From NCBI RefSeq assembly GCF_018977255.1, contig NW_024704742.1:41976001-42036000 (forward strand): a stretch of 60,000 nt of DNA. Direction: 5' to 3'. The translations under genes and the position numbers were made by a program. Below are positions 1 to 12,581 of this stretch, piece after piece; position 1 is the first letter of the stretch, and each line of letters begins with the position of its first letter. The DNA is from Callorhinchus milii. Taxonomy: Eukaryota. The notes beneath the pieces are model-generated. The model searched no databases. It was not told the DNA's origin and worked only from the letters and a program-made list of their open reading frames with translations.

Positions 1-225
1 TGGTGCCATTCAGTGAAGAAATAACTAAGTTCAAAGCTTGTTACATCAAAGGCACTTTAATGCAATTCACAGTGCCTTAATCCTCAAGGAACGCAATACC
101 TTCTCCAGTACTGCTGAAAACAGCTGTGTATATCTATATTTGGTATACGTAAACCATAAATCTACCAACAACGAAATCTTACTCTGCCGGCAAGTAACTT
201 AACATTGGGGCATTGTGTTTGCAGG

Positions 226-600
226 ATTTTTTTGGTCAGCTAAAACCAGATAAAACCGCACAACCTGTCGTAGAAAGTATTGTCTGGCAAGCTTCATGCT
301 GCTTGTTCAGCTAGGACCACCTGAACCATTAGGGCTTTGTGTTGCAGAGTTAGCAGGAGCTGAGTTGTTAAAATCCCTGCAAATCAATCTGCCATTCCAA
401 GTCCTACCAATGAGCCAGGCTGACTGGTCAGTTATTTAGCAGCAACCTGGAGTACTGTGGACATGCTTGGCTCAGGAACTTGACTACTGAGACCGCCTCA
501 GAGGGTTGGCTTGATACCAATATTCCGTTGCCAAACATGTCACTCTAGAGCCAGTTCAGTCAGACCCCACTTACCTCACACCAAGTAGGATGAGTTTGCT
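226..600 (-). mobile_element. Second, internally deleted copy of the unclassified SINE-like family
   Basis: ttttttttggtcagct end plus ggaccacc...ttagggc...ttgcagagtta...ctgagt...aatccctg...ccaagtcct...atgag.caggctg.ctggtc, collinear with the reverse complement of 29130-29460. Confidence 0.6.
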
Positions 601-1089
601 GAAGAAGGAAACTATATTGTAACTTTATTTGATCTATTTAGTTTCTGTCAAAAAAGTTATGTAGTTGTGATCCAACTTACCTGAATGATTACAAATGCTG
701 TGCATTTCATTTCTTTACAATTGTTAGAAAATAACCTTTCATATTTTCCGGCAGGAAGAGTGCTTCAGAATCACAACGATAAATAAGTATGTGATGAATT
801 TGCTCAGATCTGGATGGCCATTTCAAAGCACAAATATACAATCCTGTTGTCTTAAATTTGGGAAAAGTGTTAAACTTAGTTTTAATTTGTTGCTGATTTT
901 CCGCAATTCTTAGCAATATGTATTCGATTTACAATTCACCTCAAGATCCTTGGAAAGAACCAAGGAAACCTAGGAAAGAAAAATAGCCAAGCTTCACATT
1001 CCTGTTTGCCTGCCAATCTCATACTGGAAAGTGTATGTATGGACATTGAGTGCGGACAGGATTACGTTTGGTTATGATGTTCCAAAGTT

Positions 1090-2075
1090 CAAATAGAGTG
1101 CCAAAACTCTTTGGCATCTATTACTGGATAGAAAGTTAGCTAGGGTACAGAATACAGAATAGGGTAAATGGATGGTTTTAAGACTGGAGGGATGCAAACA
1201 GCAGTGTCCCACAGGGATCAATGACAACAACAGCATGCATTTATATAGCGCCTTCACGGAGATTAACATTCAGAGTGCTTTACAGTGACGTGGATGGATG
1301 CTGAGGAAAGAAATGGGGAAAGGCAAGGTTGAAGAACTGATGCAAGTGGTAGAGTTTTGGATAAGTTTAAGTTTTTAGATGACAGAACTTGGGATACCAG
1401 CACATTAGAAAGTCCAGCCAGGAGGTGACAAAGTCGTGAATAAAGATTTTGGAGCAAAGGTTAATATACACAAATATAGACAAAGCAATGGAATCCTAAC
1501 TTTATAATGGGGTGATAGAATAGAACAGTAAAGAGGTAATACTAAATCTGTACAGATAATTATTTGGGAAACAGTTGGGGTATCATGTCCAGTTTTTGGC
1601 ACCTCACTATGAGAAAGCTGTCAAGGCCATACAGAGGGTGCAGAGGAGATTCAGTAGGGATACAAGATTTCACTTATGAGGAAAGACTGAAGAAAGACAC
1701 GAAAAATTGAGAGAAGACCTGATTGAGGCTTTTAAAATTATGAAGGATTTTGATGAGATATTATTTAATTGCTTGGCAAGTCAGTGACTGGAAAACATAG
1801 ATTAAAGGTAACTATCAAAAGACCAAAGGGAAGGTTTGGGATAATTTATTTTATATAGAGGGCTGTTGAGATGTGGATTGTCCTACCTGGAACCCTGGAT
1901 GATGCAGAATCCATATTGTCTTTTAATAGGGAATGACAGAAGTTAAAAGCTGGAAAGGAGAAATCAGAAAAGTAATGAGGAGAGGCAAGAAAATTGGACT
2001 AAACAAACAGATCTTTCAGAAAGCCAGCATGATAGGCTGATTGGCTTTCTTCTGTGCTGTAAATTTCTGTCAATC
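1090..2075 (+). mobile_element. Old degraded CR1 3' fragment, interrupted by a short L2 tail (~1222-1290, minus)
   Basis: gtgtcccacagggatca (VPQGS), tgtccagtttttggcacctcactatg (CVQFWAPHY-like), 3' end tctgtgctgtaaatttctg. Confidence 0.7.
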
Positions 2076-2837
2076 TGTTGTTTTCTCAAATGCCGATTGT
2101 CAAAAATAATGGGAAGTTTCATTCATAAAGAAAAGATGAATATTTTTAGAGATCAATGTACAATAGATCCAGTGCTATAATTGCAATGATATTGCTTATT
2201 CGATAAAAGGATTGTTCAGATCTTTCTTTTTAGCATGAATGTCTTGGTGAGTTATCCAATAAAGTTGATATTGAGAATGCTTCTTTGAACAGAAATAGAT
2301 CATTAACTGGTATCAAACGTCTAAGACTTTGACTGCTCGCTTGGTCATCTTTTCATCTTCAGTCCTCCCCCATCAGTTTTGTAAAGACCTCCTCCCAAAA
2401 TGAAAGATGCTATATCAATATAAATTGTATTGTATTCCAAAATGAATAAAGCAATAAATAACCACAGAAAATGGAAGGTTTAAAGCCACATGAAATTTGA
2501 AGGAAATCAGGCAGAAAACTTGAAAAGTAAAACTGGGAATAAAACATTGGAATTTATGAAATGAAATCACCATGGCTGCAGTGCAGCATGTTATCACTTG
2601 TTCTAGGCAATAAGACACCTGATACGTGATGTTCATTTGAATTTGCAAACGACTATAGACAGACAAAAGCTAAAGGCGTCAATAAAATTTTTTTGAAACC
2701 CCTTATAACCAGCAGAAAATGCAACCTATGAAAGCCACATATTTAAAACAGGAATCAGGAAAGTTGATTGACTTATTTGCAATGGACTTGTGAAAGGAAA
2801 CTAAGTGCTGGAGATTGGTGCATTTTCATATAGACTC

Positions 2838-3207
2838 TAGAGCACATGCCTCGCAAGTGAGAGACCTGGTTTTGATTCTCAGCAGAGCAAAACGGTAAGC
2901 AAGGTTCCTTACTCCACATGCCTCTGTTTACCTAGCAGTAAGTAGGAACTCAGTTGTAAGTTGATTGGCGGATCACTTTTCTGGGGTTAATAATCTCTTC
3001 AAAAAATGTTTTAAGTAATAATAATTTGGTCACTCAATCCTCGACTGTTTGTGGGACACTGCTGTGTGCAATCGGCTACCACATTTTGCGCACAAAATAT
3101 ACAGTCAATTCACTTTACAGTATATTCTGTGAAGCGCTTTGAGACATCTTAAAAATGTGATAAGATAATATCAAATGCAAGGATTATTATTATTAGTATT
3201 ATTATTT
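2838..3207 (+). mobile_element. tRNA-derived SINE, family A (~370 bp, (TTA)n tail)
   Basis: Head gagcacatgcctcgcaagtgagagacctggttttgattc; L2-like tail gtgaagcgctttgagacatc...atcaaatgcaaggattattatt. Several copies in the window. Confidence 0.85.
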
Positions 3208-4044
3208 TGGAAGGCCTAATCATAGGTAGATTTTACTTGGCATAGAAACTCAGATGATTTCATATAGGGGGCCATTCAGTGCACCCTGTCTGTCCCACAG
3301 CTACCTTTGGTTCTTTTCTTAATTCAACTTAATTTAAGTGCTTGTCCAGTTCCCTTTTGATTGATTCTGTAGCTCAATTCTCAATGGCCACACCTAGTAA
3401 TGAATTCCACACTATAAGAAGAATTGAGAATGATTAAGTCAGACACTTTTGTGAAGGAAACCGTGATCTTTGAAAGGCAGTAACTATTTATCGTATGGCC
3501 AATGTCAGTTAGATAGAGTTAGGTTAGTCAGTTACTGGACTTGCTCTGAAAGCTATACATACAATGCAAAGAGTGAAAGGCCTGATAAACAAAGTGCAGC
3601 TAAATAGTTAGAAAAATGACTCTACCTACAGAGAACATGAATAAAGGAACTGCCCAGTTTATGGACATAAGTGTCATGATGTGTGAAAAGATGAATCGCT
3701 TTGCAAATAAGTGTATGCCAAGACCTGGTACTGGCAAATCCCCTAAGTTACATATAGACCGGAAACCTAGGTCAAAGAAAACACAGAGTTCAAGAGTACT
3801 TGGACTCTGAATTACAAGCAGAATTATTTATTGTGCAGTCCACACGCAGCGAGATGAGGACTGGAACTTGAACCACTGCATATGCCATCATACAATCATG
3901 CAATCAGATACAATTTGGATAACAGAGCACAGTGTAATGTTGTACCAGACACAGTACATAAAAAAAGCTGTGCACAAAGTTAAGTCGGACCTGCTCCAAA
4001 CTGCCGATGTACTCACAGACATCATAAACCTTCCCTATTCACTG

Positions 4045-5458
4045 GCACCGTTCCCACCCCTGGACCCATCACTGCTCTCAAATTACTGCCCCATCTCCAA
4101 CCTCCCTTTCCTTTTCAAGGTCCTGGAACGAGTCATTGCTTCCCAGTTTCGCTCCTTCCTCTCCTGCCATTCCCTTCACTAACCCCTCCAATCAGGTTTC
4201 CATGCTGATCACAGCACAGAAGTAGCTTTGGTCAAAGTGCCAAATGTCATTTTGTCCATCTGTGACCAGGGCTCCCTCTGCCTCCTAGTCCTCCTTGACC
4301 TCTCAGCTGCCTTGAAACCATTGACCATTCTATCTTCATCCATCACCTCTTCTCTCACCTCAACCTTCATGGTTCTGTCCATAAATGGTTCAGATCCTAC
4401 CTGTCACACTGTCGCCACTTCATCTGCACAAATGGCTTTTCCTCTAGCCCCCGCACCATCTTGTGCAGAGTTCCTCAGGGCTGTGTCTTTGGTCCCCTCC
4501 TTTTCAATATCTAAATGCTCTCTCTTGGTGACATCATCCGCAGACATGGGGTCAATTTTCCAACTCTATTTCTCTGTCTCCACCCTAGACTCCAGGACTA
4601 CTGTGGCTCTCCTGATCGGCTCCCATCAGCGCTTCACCTCAGGCCCTGAGAGCTTCACCATCCATGGTTGCACATTCCACCTTACTAAGCCTGTCCGGAA
4701 CCTTGGCATCTTGTTTGACCCTCAACTATCCTTTCTACCCCACACCCATGCCATGTTCCGCTCTGCCTTCCCCCACCTCCACAACATCGCCCAGCTCTGC
4801 CACTGTCTCACAGCACAGGCCACCGACACCCTCATACATGCGTTTCATAACATCCAGGCTCGACTGCACAAACTCCTTGCTTATCGGCCTCCCCAACTCC
4901 TCCTTCCATAGGCTGCAGATCATCCAGAACTCTGCAGCTCGTGTCGTCTCCCACACCAGGTTCCGTGACCCCATCACCCCCATCCTCACCCGCCTCCACT
5001 GGTTTCCCATCACACAGAGGATACAGTTCAAGAACCTGGTCCCCACCTTCAAAGCCCTCCATGGCCTTGCTCCCCTCTAACTCTGAGATCACCTAACCCC
5101 CTACCAAACTACCCACTCCCTCCACTCAGTGGGCTCCATCCTGCTTTACGTCCCCCTCCCCACCTCACACGCTCCACCATTGGCAGGCAGGCCTTCTGCC
5201 ACTCTGCCCCCACCCTCTGGAACTCCATCCGACAGTCCCTCCACCTTGCACCCTCCCTTGTCTCCTTCAAGACCGATCTCAAGACGCTTCTTTTCCGGCC
5301 TTTGGTCACCCTCCTTCCCCACCCTGCTCTCCATCCTCCTTGATTCTGACACCCAGCTTGGGTCCAAAACATTGATTGTCCCGTGCCTTGGATGTCCTCC
5401 CGATGTGAAAGGTGCTGTACAAATGTAATTTTGTTGTTGCTGTTGTTGCTGTTGTTGT
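4045..5458 (+). mobile_element. L2-clade LINE, 5'-truncated RT fragment with 3' UTR and (TTG)n tail
   Basis: LDPSLLSNYCPISNLPFLFKVLERV, LLDLSAA, VRNLGILFDPQLSF, SRLDCTNSLLIGLP, LQIIQNSAARVV, LHWFPI; ends gatgtgaaaggtgctgtacaaatgtaattttgttgttg. Confidence 0.92.
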
Positions 5459-7039
5459 ACTCTGGATGGAGTATCAAACCAAAAAAGAAATGTAGGGTGT
5501 TTTGCAAGTATAAAAAATTACATTATAATCTAGAAGTTCATATTCTAGTGTTAGGAGTGCAATTATTGTGACTTGATCCAGCTCAATGAGATAGTTGAGA
5601 CCAACAGCTATTGAGAAACAATCAACATGTGATCTATACATCTTGGTGATAAGCAACATCTGCATCTCCTTGCATTCCTGTTCCAGTGCTCTTAGGAGAG
5701 AAAAAACAAAGCACACAGATTTCATTTTAAAGTCTGAAAATTATTTTTTTTGAGCATCAGTATAAAACACAATCCCTGTAATTAAACAGGTTTTCTAGTG
5801 CCTTTGGTAAATAACCATAGGCAGCAAATGAGATTTCTGGTAATGACATGCATACACCTATGGTAACCTCATGATGCTCTGTGTTTCAGTGGTGCAACAA
5901 CTACAACAATTTGCATTTATATAGCGCACTTCAAGCAGGTAGCATTTCAGAGAACTTTGTGCAGGTGGATATTTTGAAAGCTGCTGTAAGAGCACAGCCT
6001 TAGGTTAGTGATTTATGCATCATTTAAATTTACATCCTCAGTGAATTCCACAGATCTCTATTGAACTTCTTGATTATTTTATTATCTGTTTGGGAATTTA
6101 TCAATGTCTTTCTCTAAAAGATACTCTTCCCCAAGGCAATTATCACGTTTAGTGTCATTAACCACATTAAAAGTGCAAGGCATTTGTTTCCCTTTGAAAT
6201 GAGTGGAAGTGGGATCTTCTACATTCAATGACTGGTATAACGATGGCTGCCCCAATTGAATGAATGCATTTGCATTTGGGATTCATGCCAGGAACAGAAA
6301 GTTGAACAAGTTTATTCTGAAAGTTAATATTTATGAACAGAAGAGAAGACAAGAATGCAATCTGATAAAATTTGTATCCAGAATTAATAAATCTCGAATC
6401 GGAGCTTTTTCCCCAATTATTACTGATGTGATTACTTCTAAAAGTCAGATGCAAAAACAAAATGCTCTAGGAAATTGTTTCAAATGGGGAGAAAGCTGAA
6501 AGCATCTGCTTTGGCATTTATGGTTGATTTTTAAATGCACAACACAAAACATATGGCGCCCTCAACAAACAAATTGAACCTGTTTATGGCAGCAAGTAAA
6601 ATATGGACGTACCACAAAATATGTTGGCTTCACTAACTGAAGACATGTAGGAGCTATTAGAAAGAAAACATCAATATAATGTAGAATGATCACTGCTTGT
6701 GCCTGCTGTACATTAAGGAGAAATTACTTGTGTTTTGATGTATTTCTTGATCTCTCCTTGCTAGATGTCAGACCCCTGAGACGTCATCCTACATGAAGGG
6801 CACTATACAAACGCAAGTTGTTGTTGTTATATAAGTGGCTTAATGTACAAATGTGGGTGGTTGTACTTTACTCTCTATTCTAGTACATCCTTACAATGCT
6901 GACAGACACCAGCATTCAGGAGACGGAGCAAGTGCCAAAAAACGACAGATAGCTGTACAAAGCTACAGGGAGTAGGGGGGTGTCAGGGCATGAAGGGATT
7001 CGAAGACAAGTGTGAGGACCTTGAAATCTTCTTTCAACA

Positions 7040-7262
7040 CGGAACAATACTTTGTGAATCACCATGACAGTAAAACAAGAGAGCATAAGTTTAGAGTTTC
7101 AAAGGGCAATTTCAGAACCCACAACAGGCAGCATTTATTTGCAACTGGAACAGGCTGCCAGGAAGGGTGGTTGAAGCCGCAACACTGGACTTATTTAAAA
7201 ACAGCTTGATGCTATTTGAGGATGAGATCAAATGAGCGGAGGGCATTCTTCATCTGAACCTG
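7040..7262 (+). mobile_element. Degraded CR1 3' fragment
   Basis: KTREHKFRVSKGNFRTHNRQHLF resembles the CR1 C-terminal TRGHxxKLxKxxFRxxxRxxFF motif. Confidence 0.55.
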
Positions 7263-7536
7263 ATGCAAATGAAGGAACAATAACAAATTTACGGGGATTT
7301 TCTCAAATGCACTAATTAAGGCAAGGAATGACAATGTTGCCCTTATTTTACTGATTTTCTTGGGAAGTCAAGTAAGTACCAAAAACTGACACAGTGCTGT
7401 ACAAGGCTAAGGGGAGTAACTATCTATTTTTATAAAGATATAGTGAGTCATGTCCTGGAGGAGATTGCCGTGAATTAAATGACCAAGTTCCAGGACGTAA
7501 GGTGCCACATAGTGAATGGTAGGTACCATGTATTCT

Positions 7537-7905
7537 GGAGTCCTGTAGCTCAGTGGCTAGAGTACTCATCTCACAAGCGAGAGACCATGGTTTGATTCCT
7601 GGCGGGCAAAATGTTTGGCAAGTTTCTTTACTCCACAAGCCTTTGTTTACCAAGCTGTAAATAGGAACTCGGTTGTTAGTCGATTGGCGGATTGCTTTTC
7701 CGGGGGTAATAATTGCTTCAAAATAAATAATAATTCGGTCACTTCAATCTACGACTGTTTGTGAGACATTGATGTGCGCAATTGGCTGCCACATTTTACC
7801 CACAAAATATACAGTCAATTCACTTTACAGTATATTCGGTGAAGCACTTTGAGACATTGCAAAGATGTGATAAGGCACTACATCAAATGCAAGGATTATT
7901 ATTAT
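7537..7905 (+). mobile_element. tRNA-derived SINE, family A, full length
   Basis: ggagtcctgTAGCTCAGTGGctagag (A box) ... ggtttgattcc (B box) ... caaatgcaaggattattatt. Confidence 0.9.
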
Positions 7906-9024
7906 GAGCAAAACATTCAACCAAAAAATCCAGAATCCATGCTCACAATGGAAATAAATCATCAAATTGAAACTGATTTATACATCGAGGTTCTTGAAAA
8001 AATTATGAAATACAGTCAATCATACAAACCAATGCTTAAAGTATTCGATACTTTTCATTTCTCACCATTCATCATAAACAGGTTCCACTGCTACTTTGAT
8101 GAACCAAGACACATTGTGAATGTGATGGATTTGTACTCCGCACTCGAGGGATCGGTAGGCTTCTGGGCTCAATTTACGGTCTGCTTTATGTTTTATTTTA
8201 TATGAGGTACTAGTGCACAAATGCAGTAATACTCAGATTGAAATGTATGCATAAAGCACCACACATTATTAGCAACAATTTCATAACTCAGGCATGTTCT
8301 CTGTTGACTCAAAAGTTAATTGTATTGAATATGCTCTAACCTGCAGGTTCAAAGTTCATATTCATCAACTGCAAATCTAAACCATTCAAATGCACTTTCA
8401 AATGTATAAGATAAGGCAATAGCTGTTTGCCAACTACCAAGCCATCCAGGAGCAGCAACAACCAGTGGGAAATTTAGCAATTATTTTGATTGGAATATTT
8501 TAAATGAAGTGCAATTCACTGCTCAGCTTTGAATATACACAGTAACATCCAACATTTAAGAACAGAGCAAATTTCATTGTCTGATGTTTTGTAATATGTA
8601 CTACGATATGGCAGCAGCTTGCTTCTCTTAATACTGTTAAAACCTCCAGTGACAGGTTCAATGAACACTAGAGCTACACAAACACTGTCATCTGCCTTAC
8701 ATTAGGACTGGTTCTGTTTTTTGCAACAGATGATTGGAATGAATTGCCATATGCAATAAAAATATGTTTAAACTTTTCTTTCTTTAAAAAGTTGCTGCCC
8801 AGGCATCTCAAGGGATGGATATTTACTGGCATTAATAACTAAATAAAATTGATCAGGAAATTGCTATCAAGTTATTTTAAATTGTTAACAAAAATCAGTT
8901 CTGATTTTTTTTAAATGTGGATAAGTTTATAATGCCACTCTACCAATGGAGTCCCCTTATAAACTGCATCATAACATAAGAAAAATCTGGAATGAGAAAA
9001 GGTCAATTGACCCATCGAGTGTTA

Positions 9025-9209
9025 TTTATTTAGGGATTATTACCCCCATAAAAATGATCTGCCAATCGACTAACAACAGGGTTTCTACTTACTGTTAGGT
9101 AAACAGGGACATGTGGAGTAAAGAAATGTGCCCAACATTTTAACTCTGCCTGGGAACCCAGGTCCTCACGCTTGTGTGGCAAGTGCTCTAACCACTAAGC
9201 TACAGGACT
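9025..9209 (-). mobile_element. tRNA-derived SINE, family A, 5' half
   Basis: Reverse complement of the head (ctctaaccactaagctacaggact) and body. Confidence 0.8.
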
Positions 9210-9659
9210 ATTTACCCTACGATTCCAACCCCCTATTGATCCTCTAAATTTTGGTTCCTTTCTTAATTTCCATGTTAACCAGGTAAAGGTGTTTGCATCA
9301 ATTAACCCAGAATTAACTACTTAATCAGGTACACTACTGAATTATTAAGAGGTAAAACATGTCTTAATCATGTCTTAAACAGTGCCTTGGGACATCCTTG
9401 TGATGTGAAAGGCATTAAAAAATGTAATTTGTTGTTGTTAAACATGTTTTTACTCTTTGGCTTGCTACCTTGCGTGAAAGGTTCTATATAAATACAAAAT
9501 ACTGTTTTTTAATCTTCACTCTAACATTAAGATCATGAATTTTGTATTTATATCCTGTAGTGCTGCAGTCACTGACTGAGTTGCTTACATCAACTTTATC
9601 TATGACCTTTCATTATTCTAATCAACTGCATCATATGTACTCCTCACCCTTGTATTCAA

Positions 9660-10022
9660 ATCTCTCCACACCTCTGCACCCCCCTACCTCTCTGACCTCC
9701 TCTCTCCTCAAAACAGCACCCGTTGTCTTCCATCCTTCAGCTCTGGCCTCCTCCTCGTCCCCAAGTCCTCCGCTTCACCCTCAGCAGCCGTGCCTTCAGC
9801 CACTATGCCCTGAGGCTCTGGAATTCCCTTCCTCACTCCCTTCGCCTCATCCCCTCTCTTCCTACTTTCAGGTCCCTTCTGAAGACCTTTCTTTTCGACT
9901 GCGCCTTTGATCACCTTCCTCCTCTTCCCCCTGGCTTGGCCCCGGGATTCCTTACTGTGAAGCGCTCTGAGACGCTGTCCGGCGTGGAGGGTGCTAAATA
10001 AATCCAAGTTGTTGTTGTTGTT
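9660..10022 (+). mobile_element. L2 3' fragment (second subfamily tail)
   Basis: RAFSHYALRLWNSLP...FRSLLKTFLF; tail gtgaagcgctctgagacgctgtccggcgtggagggtgctaaataaatccaag(ttg)n. Confidence 0.85.
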
Positions 10023-11859
10023 AGTTGTTTCTCCAGTCTGAACAAGTCTATTTGCCTGAGTTTCTATTACTAGCTCGGCTTAAAACCATCCTCGTTGCTA
10101 TTCTGTACACATTTACCAAGTTTCTATTCCCCCATTAAGGTACAATGGCCAGAAGTACACATCATTTACCAGAAATGCCCAGACAAATGATCTGCATAAC
10201 ATTAATGTAACCTGTTCTGACCTATACTACCATGGTTTCAAAATGCTTTCCACATGATTTGCTTTGTTGACAACTGCTTTATATTGATTTGATATTTTAA
10301 GATCAATGAACAAGCCCAAATTATCTTCCTCTGCTAAAAGTCACCCTTTTGTATTGTACACATCTTTATCTTTTTTTTCAAAGTATGATTTGAAATAATA
10401 ATAATTCTTGAATTTGATATAGAGCCGATAAAATCGAAGCCCTGCAAAATGTTTTACAGGTAATTGCTGTCAGCTGTATGGCATTTGTGAACAAACGTGC
10501 CAGTCAATTTGCATAGAGCAAAGTCACATAAACAGGTATGAATATCCAATTATTCTGGAAGGCTGTTAGAGAGAGGAGGTTAGGTGAGTCGTGTCGTTCT
10601 TTTCTACATCCCCTCCTCCATTCTCTTAAAAGTAAAAATCTATAGATTTGCTTCCTAACGTACATTAACCTGTTTTAAAATATATTTGTTATCTGATTAA
10701 CTGGTCTAACTAAATGCCTTTGAACACTATCACTTTCTATTCACATAATTTTCTTTCTAAAACAAGTACCCAGCAAAATATAATTCACAAATAATGTGAA
10801 CAGCAGAAGTACTCCATGGCTTATTGTTGTCAGGATGAGCATTTGCTATTAAAGATCACCTTTGTCCCCCAATTCTGAAGCCGATTTCAATTCATTTGGA
10901 AAATGTGTTCCATGAGCCTTAAACTTCTCTACAAGTCTGTCATACTCCTTTTAAATAAACAGAATCAACTGGATGGTTCCTATCTACTCACTTAGTTACC
11001 ATGTATGGCATTCTCATGGGTTAGCAAGACTTGACCCATTTCTTCTAAAACCAGGTTGACCAGTTCTTATATATCAATATGGCCTGAGCACTAAATGTGG
11101 GTTGAAGCAATTGGAGTGTTCACCCCTCCTAGCTATCTGATAATCATCCACATGTTGGAGGAGGTCAAGATCAGCCTCATCTGTGATGCCCAACATTGAC
11201 AACAACAACAACAGCTTGTAATTATAGAGATCTTCATATTGGTAATGTTTTAGAGTGCACACCAGGGAGGGGGGAAAGAGATGGGGAAACTTTTGGGCAT
11301 ATCACCTACAGATACTATAGGAAAAGCACCCATTTGGGGAACAGCATAAGTCTACGGAACTGTATGCTGCTATATGTTACCACCTTCAGAAAGCAAGAGG
11401 AGAAAAAGAGAGAGATTTGAATGCAAAACATTTGGGTACAATTAAATCTCTAGTCAAATCAAGGGTTTATGATAGATTTATGAAAATGAGGGATAATGAG
11501 TAAAATTCCTGTCATACCACATTCAATTTGTGCTAACAAGATGTTATGTCCTTATTTGTGTGCCACAAATGATATCTGGTGCTATATTTTTCATGCCCTG
11601 TTTAATCCTGACATTTTTCTCAAAGCATGCAGTTTTCTACATAAAGCCATAAATCAATGCAAAATTTACCCAACATGGTATTTTCCAATCTATTTTTCTA
11701 ATAGTTGTGCCTGTAGGAATTACAACCACCTTAAAATGATCAGGTCCAGAATAAAGTGGGACCCAAATCACATTGCAGAATGATGCTGCTTAAGGTCGAG
11801 GATAAAGTAAGCTGTCAGAATCTTGATCTTACATCTCTTTGTCGCCTTCAAGAGTGTAA

Positions 11860-12237
11860 CTATTTTATCCTTCTCCACCACCTCTCATCTCAGCTCAATC
11901 TTCATGGTCCTGCCCTTGCCTGGTTCAAATCCTACCTTTCCCATCATCTCCACTTTGTGCCCATGAATGGCTTCTCCTCCAGCCCTTGCACTGTCACGTG
12001 TGCATTCCTCAGGGCTCTGTCCTTGATCCTCTGCTCTTCAATATTTACATGCTCCAGCTTGGTGACATCATTAAACATGGGGTTAACTTCCACACGTGTG
12101 GATGACACCCAATTGTATCTCTCTGCCTCCACCCTCGACTCAAGGACCACTGCTGTCCTGACGGACTGTCTGTCAGACATCAAGTCCTGGATGAGAGCTA
12201 ACTTTCTCTAGTTGAATGTCAACAAGACCAAGGCTTG
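11860..12237 (+). mobile_element. L2 RT internal fragment
   Basis: [40 protein letters not shown]; clearly homologous to 4330-4600. Confidence 0.88.
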
Positions 12238-12581
12238 TGTGAATTCCATATCAGACACAGGAACATATCCATTTATCAATGGCATACATATATGGATCCC
12301 TCAGTCCTACTCTTAAACATGGTGATGAGTTTCCACATGGGTCAGACACGTGGATGAGCATAAAAAATGTAGATGTGGAGCAGAGGAGGCAAAGAGGTGG
12401 GAAGAAATAATAATGTAGAACTCTGTGATAGGTGTGCTGCCTGGGTGAAAACGTGCCCAAAAAGAGCTCGTAGAGTGAGCCACTAAAATTTCACTTAAAA
12501 GTGCCCTGAAAACTTTCAAAAAAATTGAGGAAAAATAACTTATTCTGTTTGTTCCAGATCATCAATGCTGGGTTCAATAGG

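Larger units (their letters stand above)
8972..10400 (-). mobile_element. Old CR1 remnant split by a SINE half-copy and L2 tails
   Basis: Tail taacataagaaaa...aggtcaattgacccatcgag at 8972-9020; CR1-like RT-end remnant at ~10030-10330 (ccagaagtacacatcatttaccag). Confidence 0.45.

Noticed and set aside
3640..4030. Possible solo LTR (TG start, internal reverse AATAAA); similar impression at ~20060-20330
   Set aside because: I could not identify a matching CA end, a TSD or a second copy, so it is unsupported without a repeat library.
7537..7612. tRNA-like sequences (also at ~49709, 48850-48925 and 32128)
   Set aside because: They are SINE heads continuing into SINE bodies and tails, and are diverged from each other; not tRNA genes.
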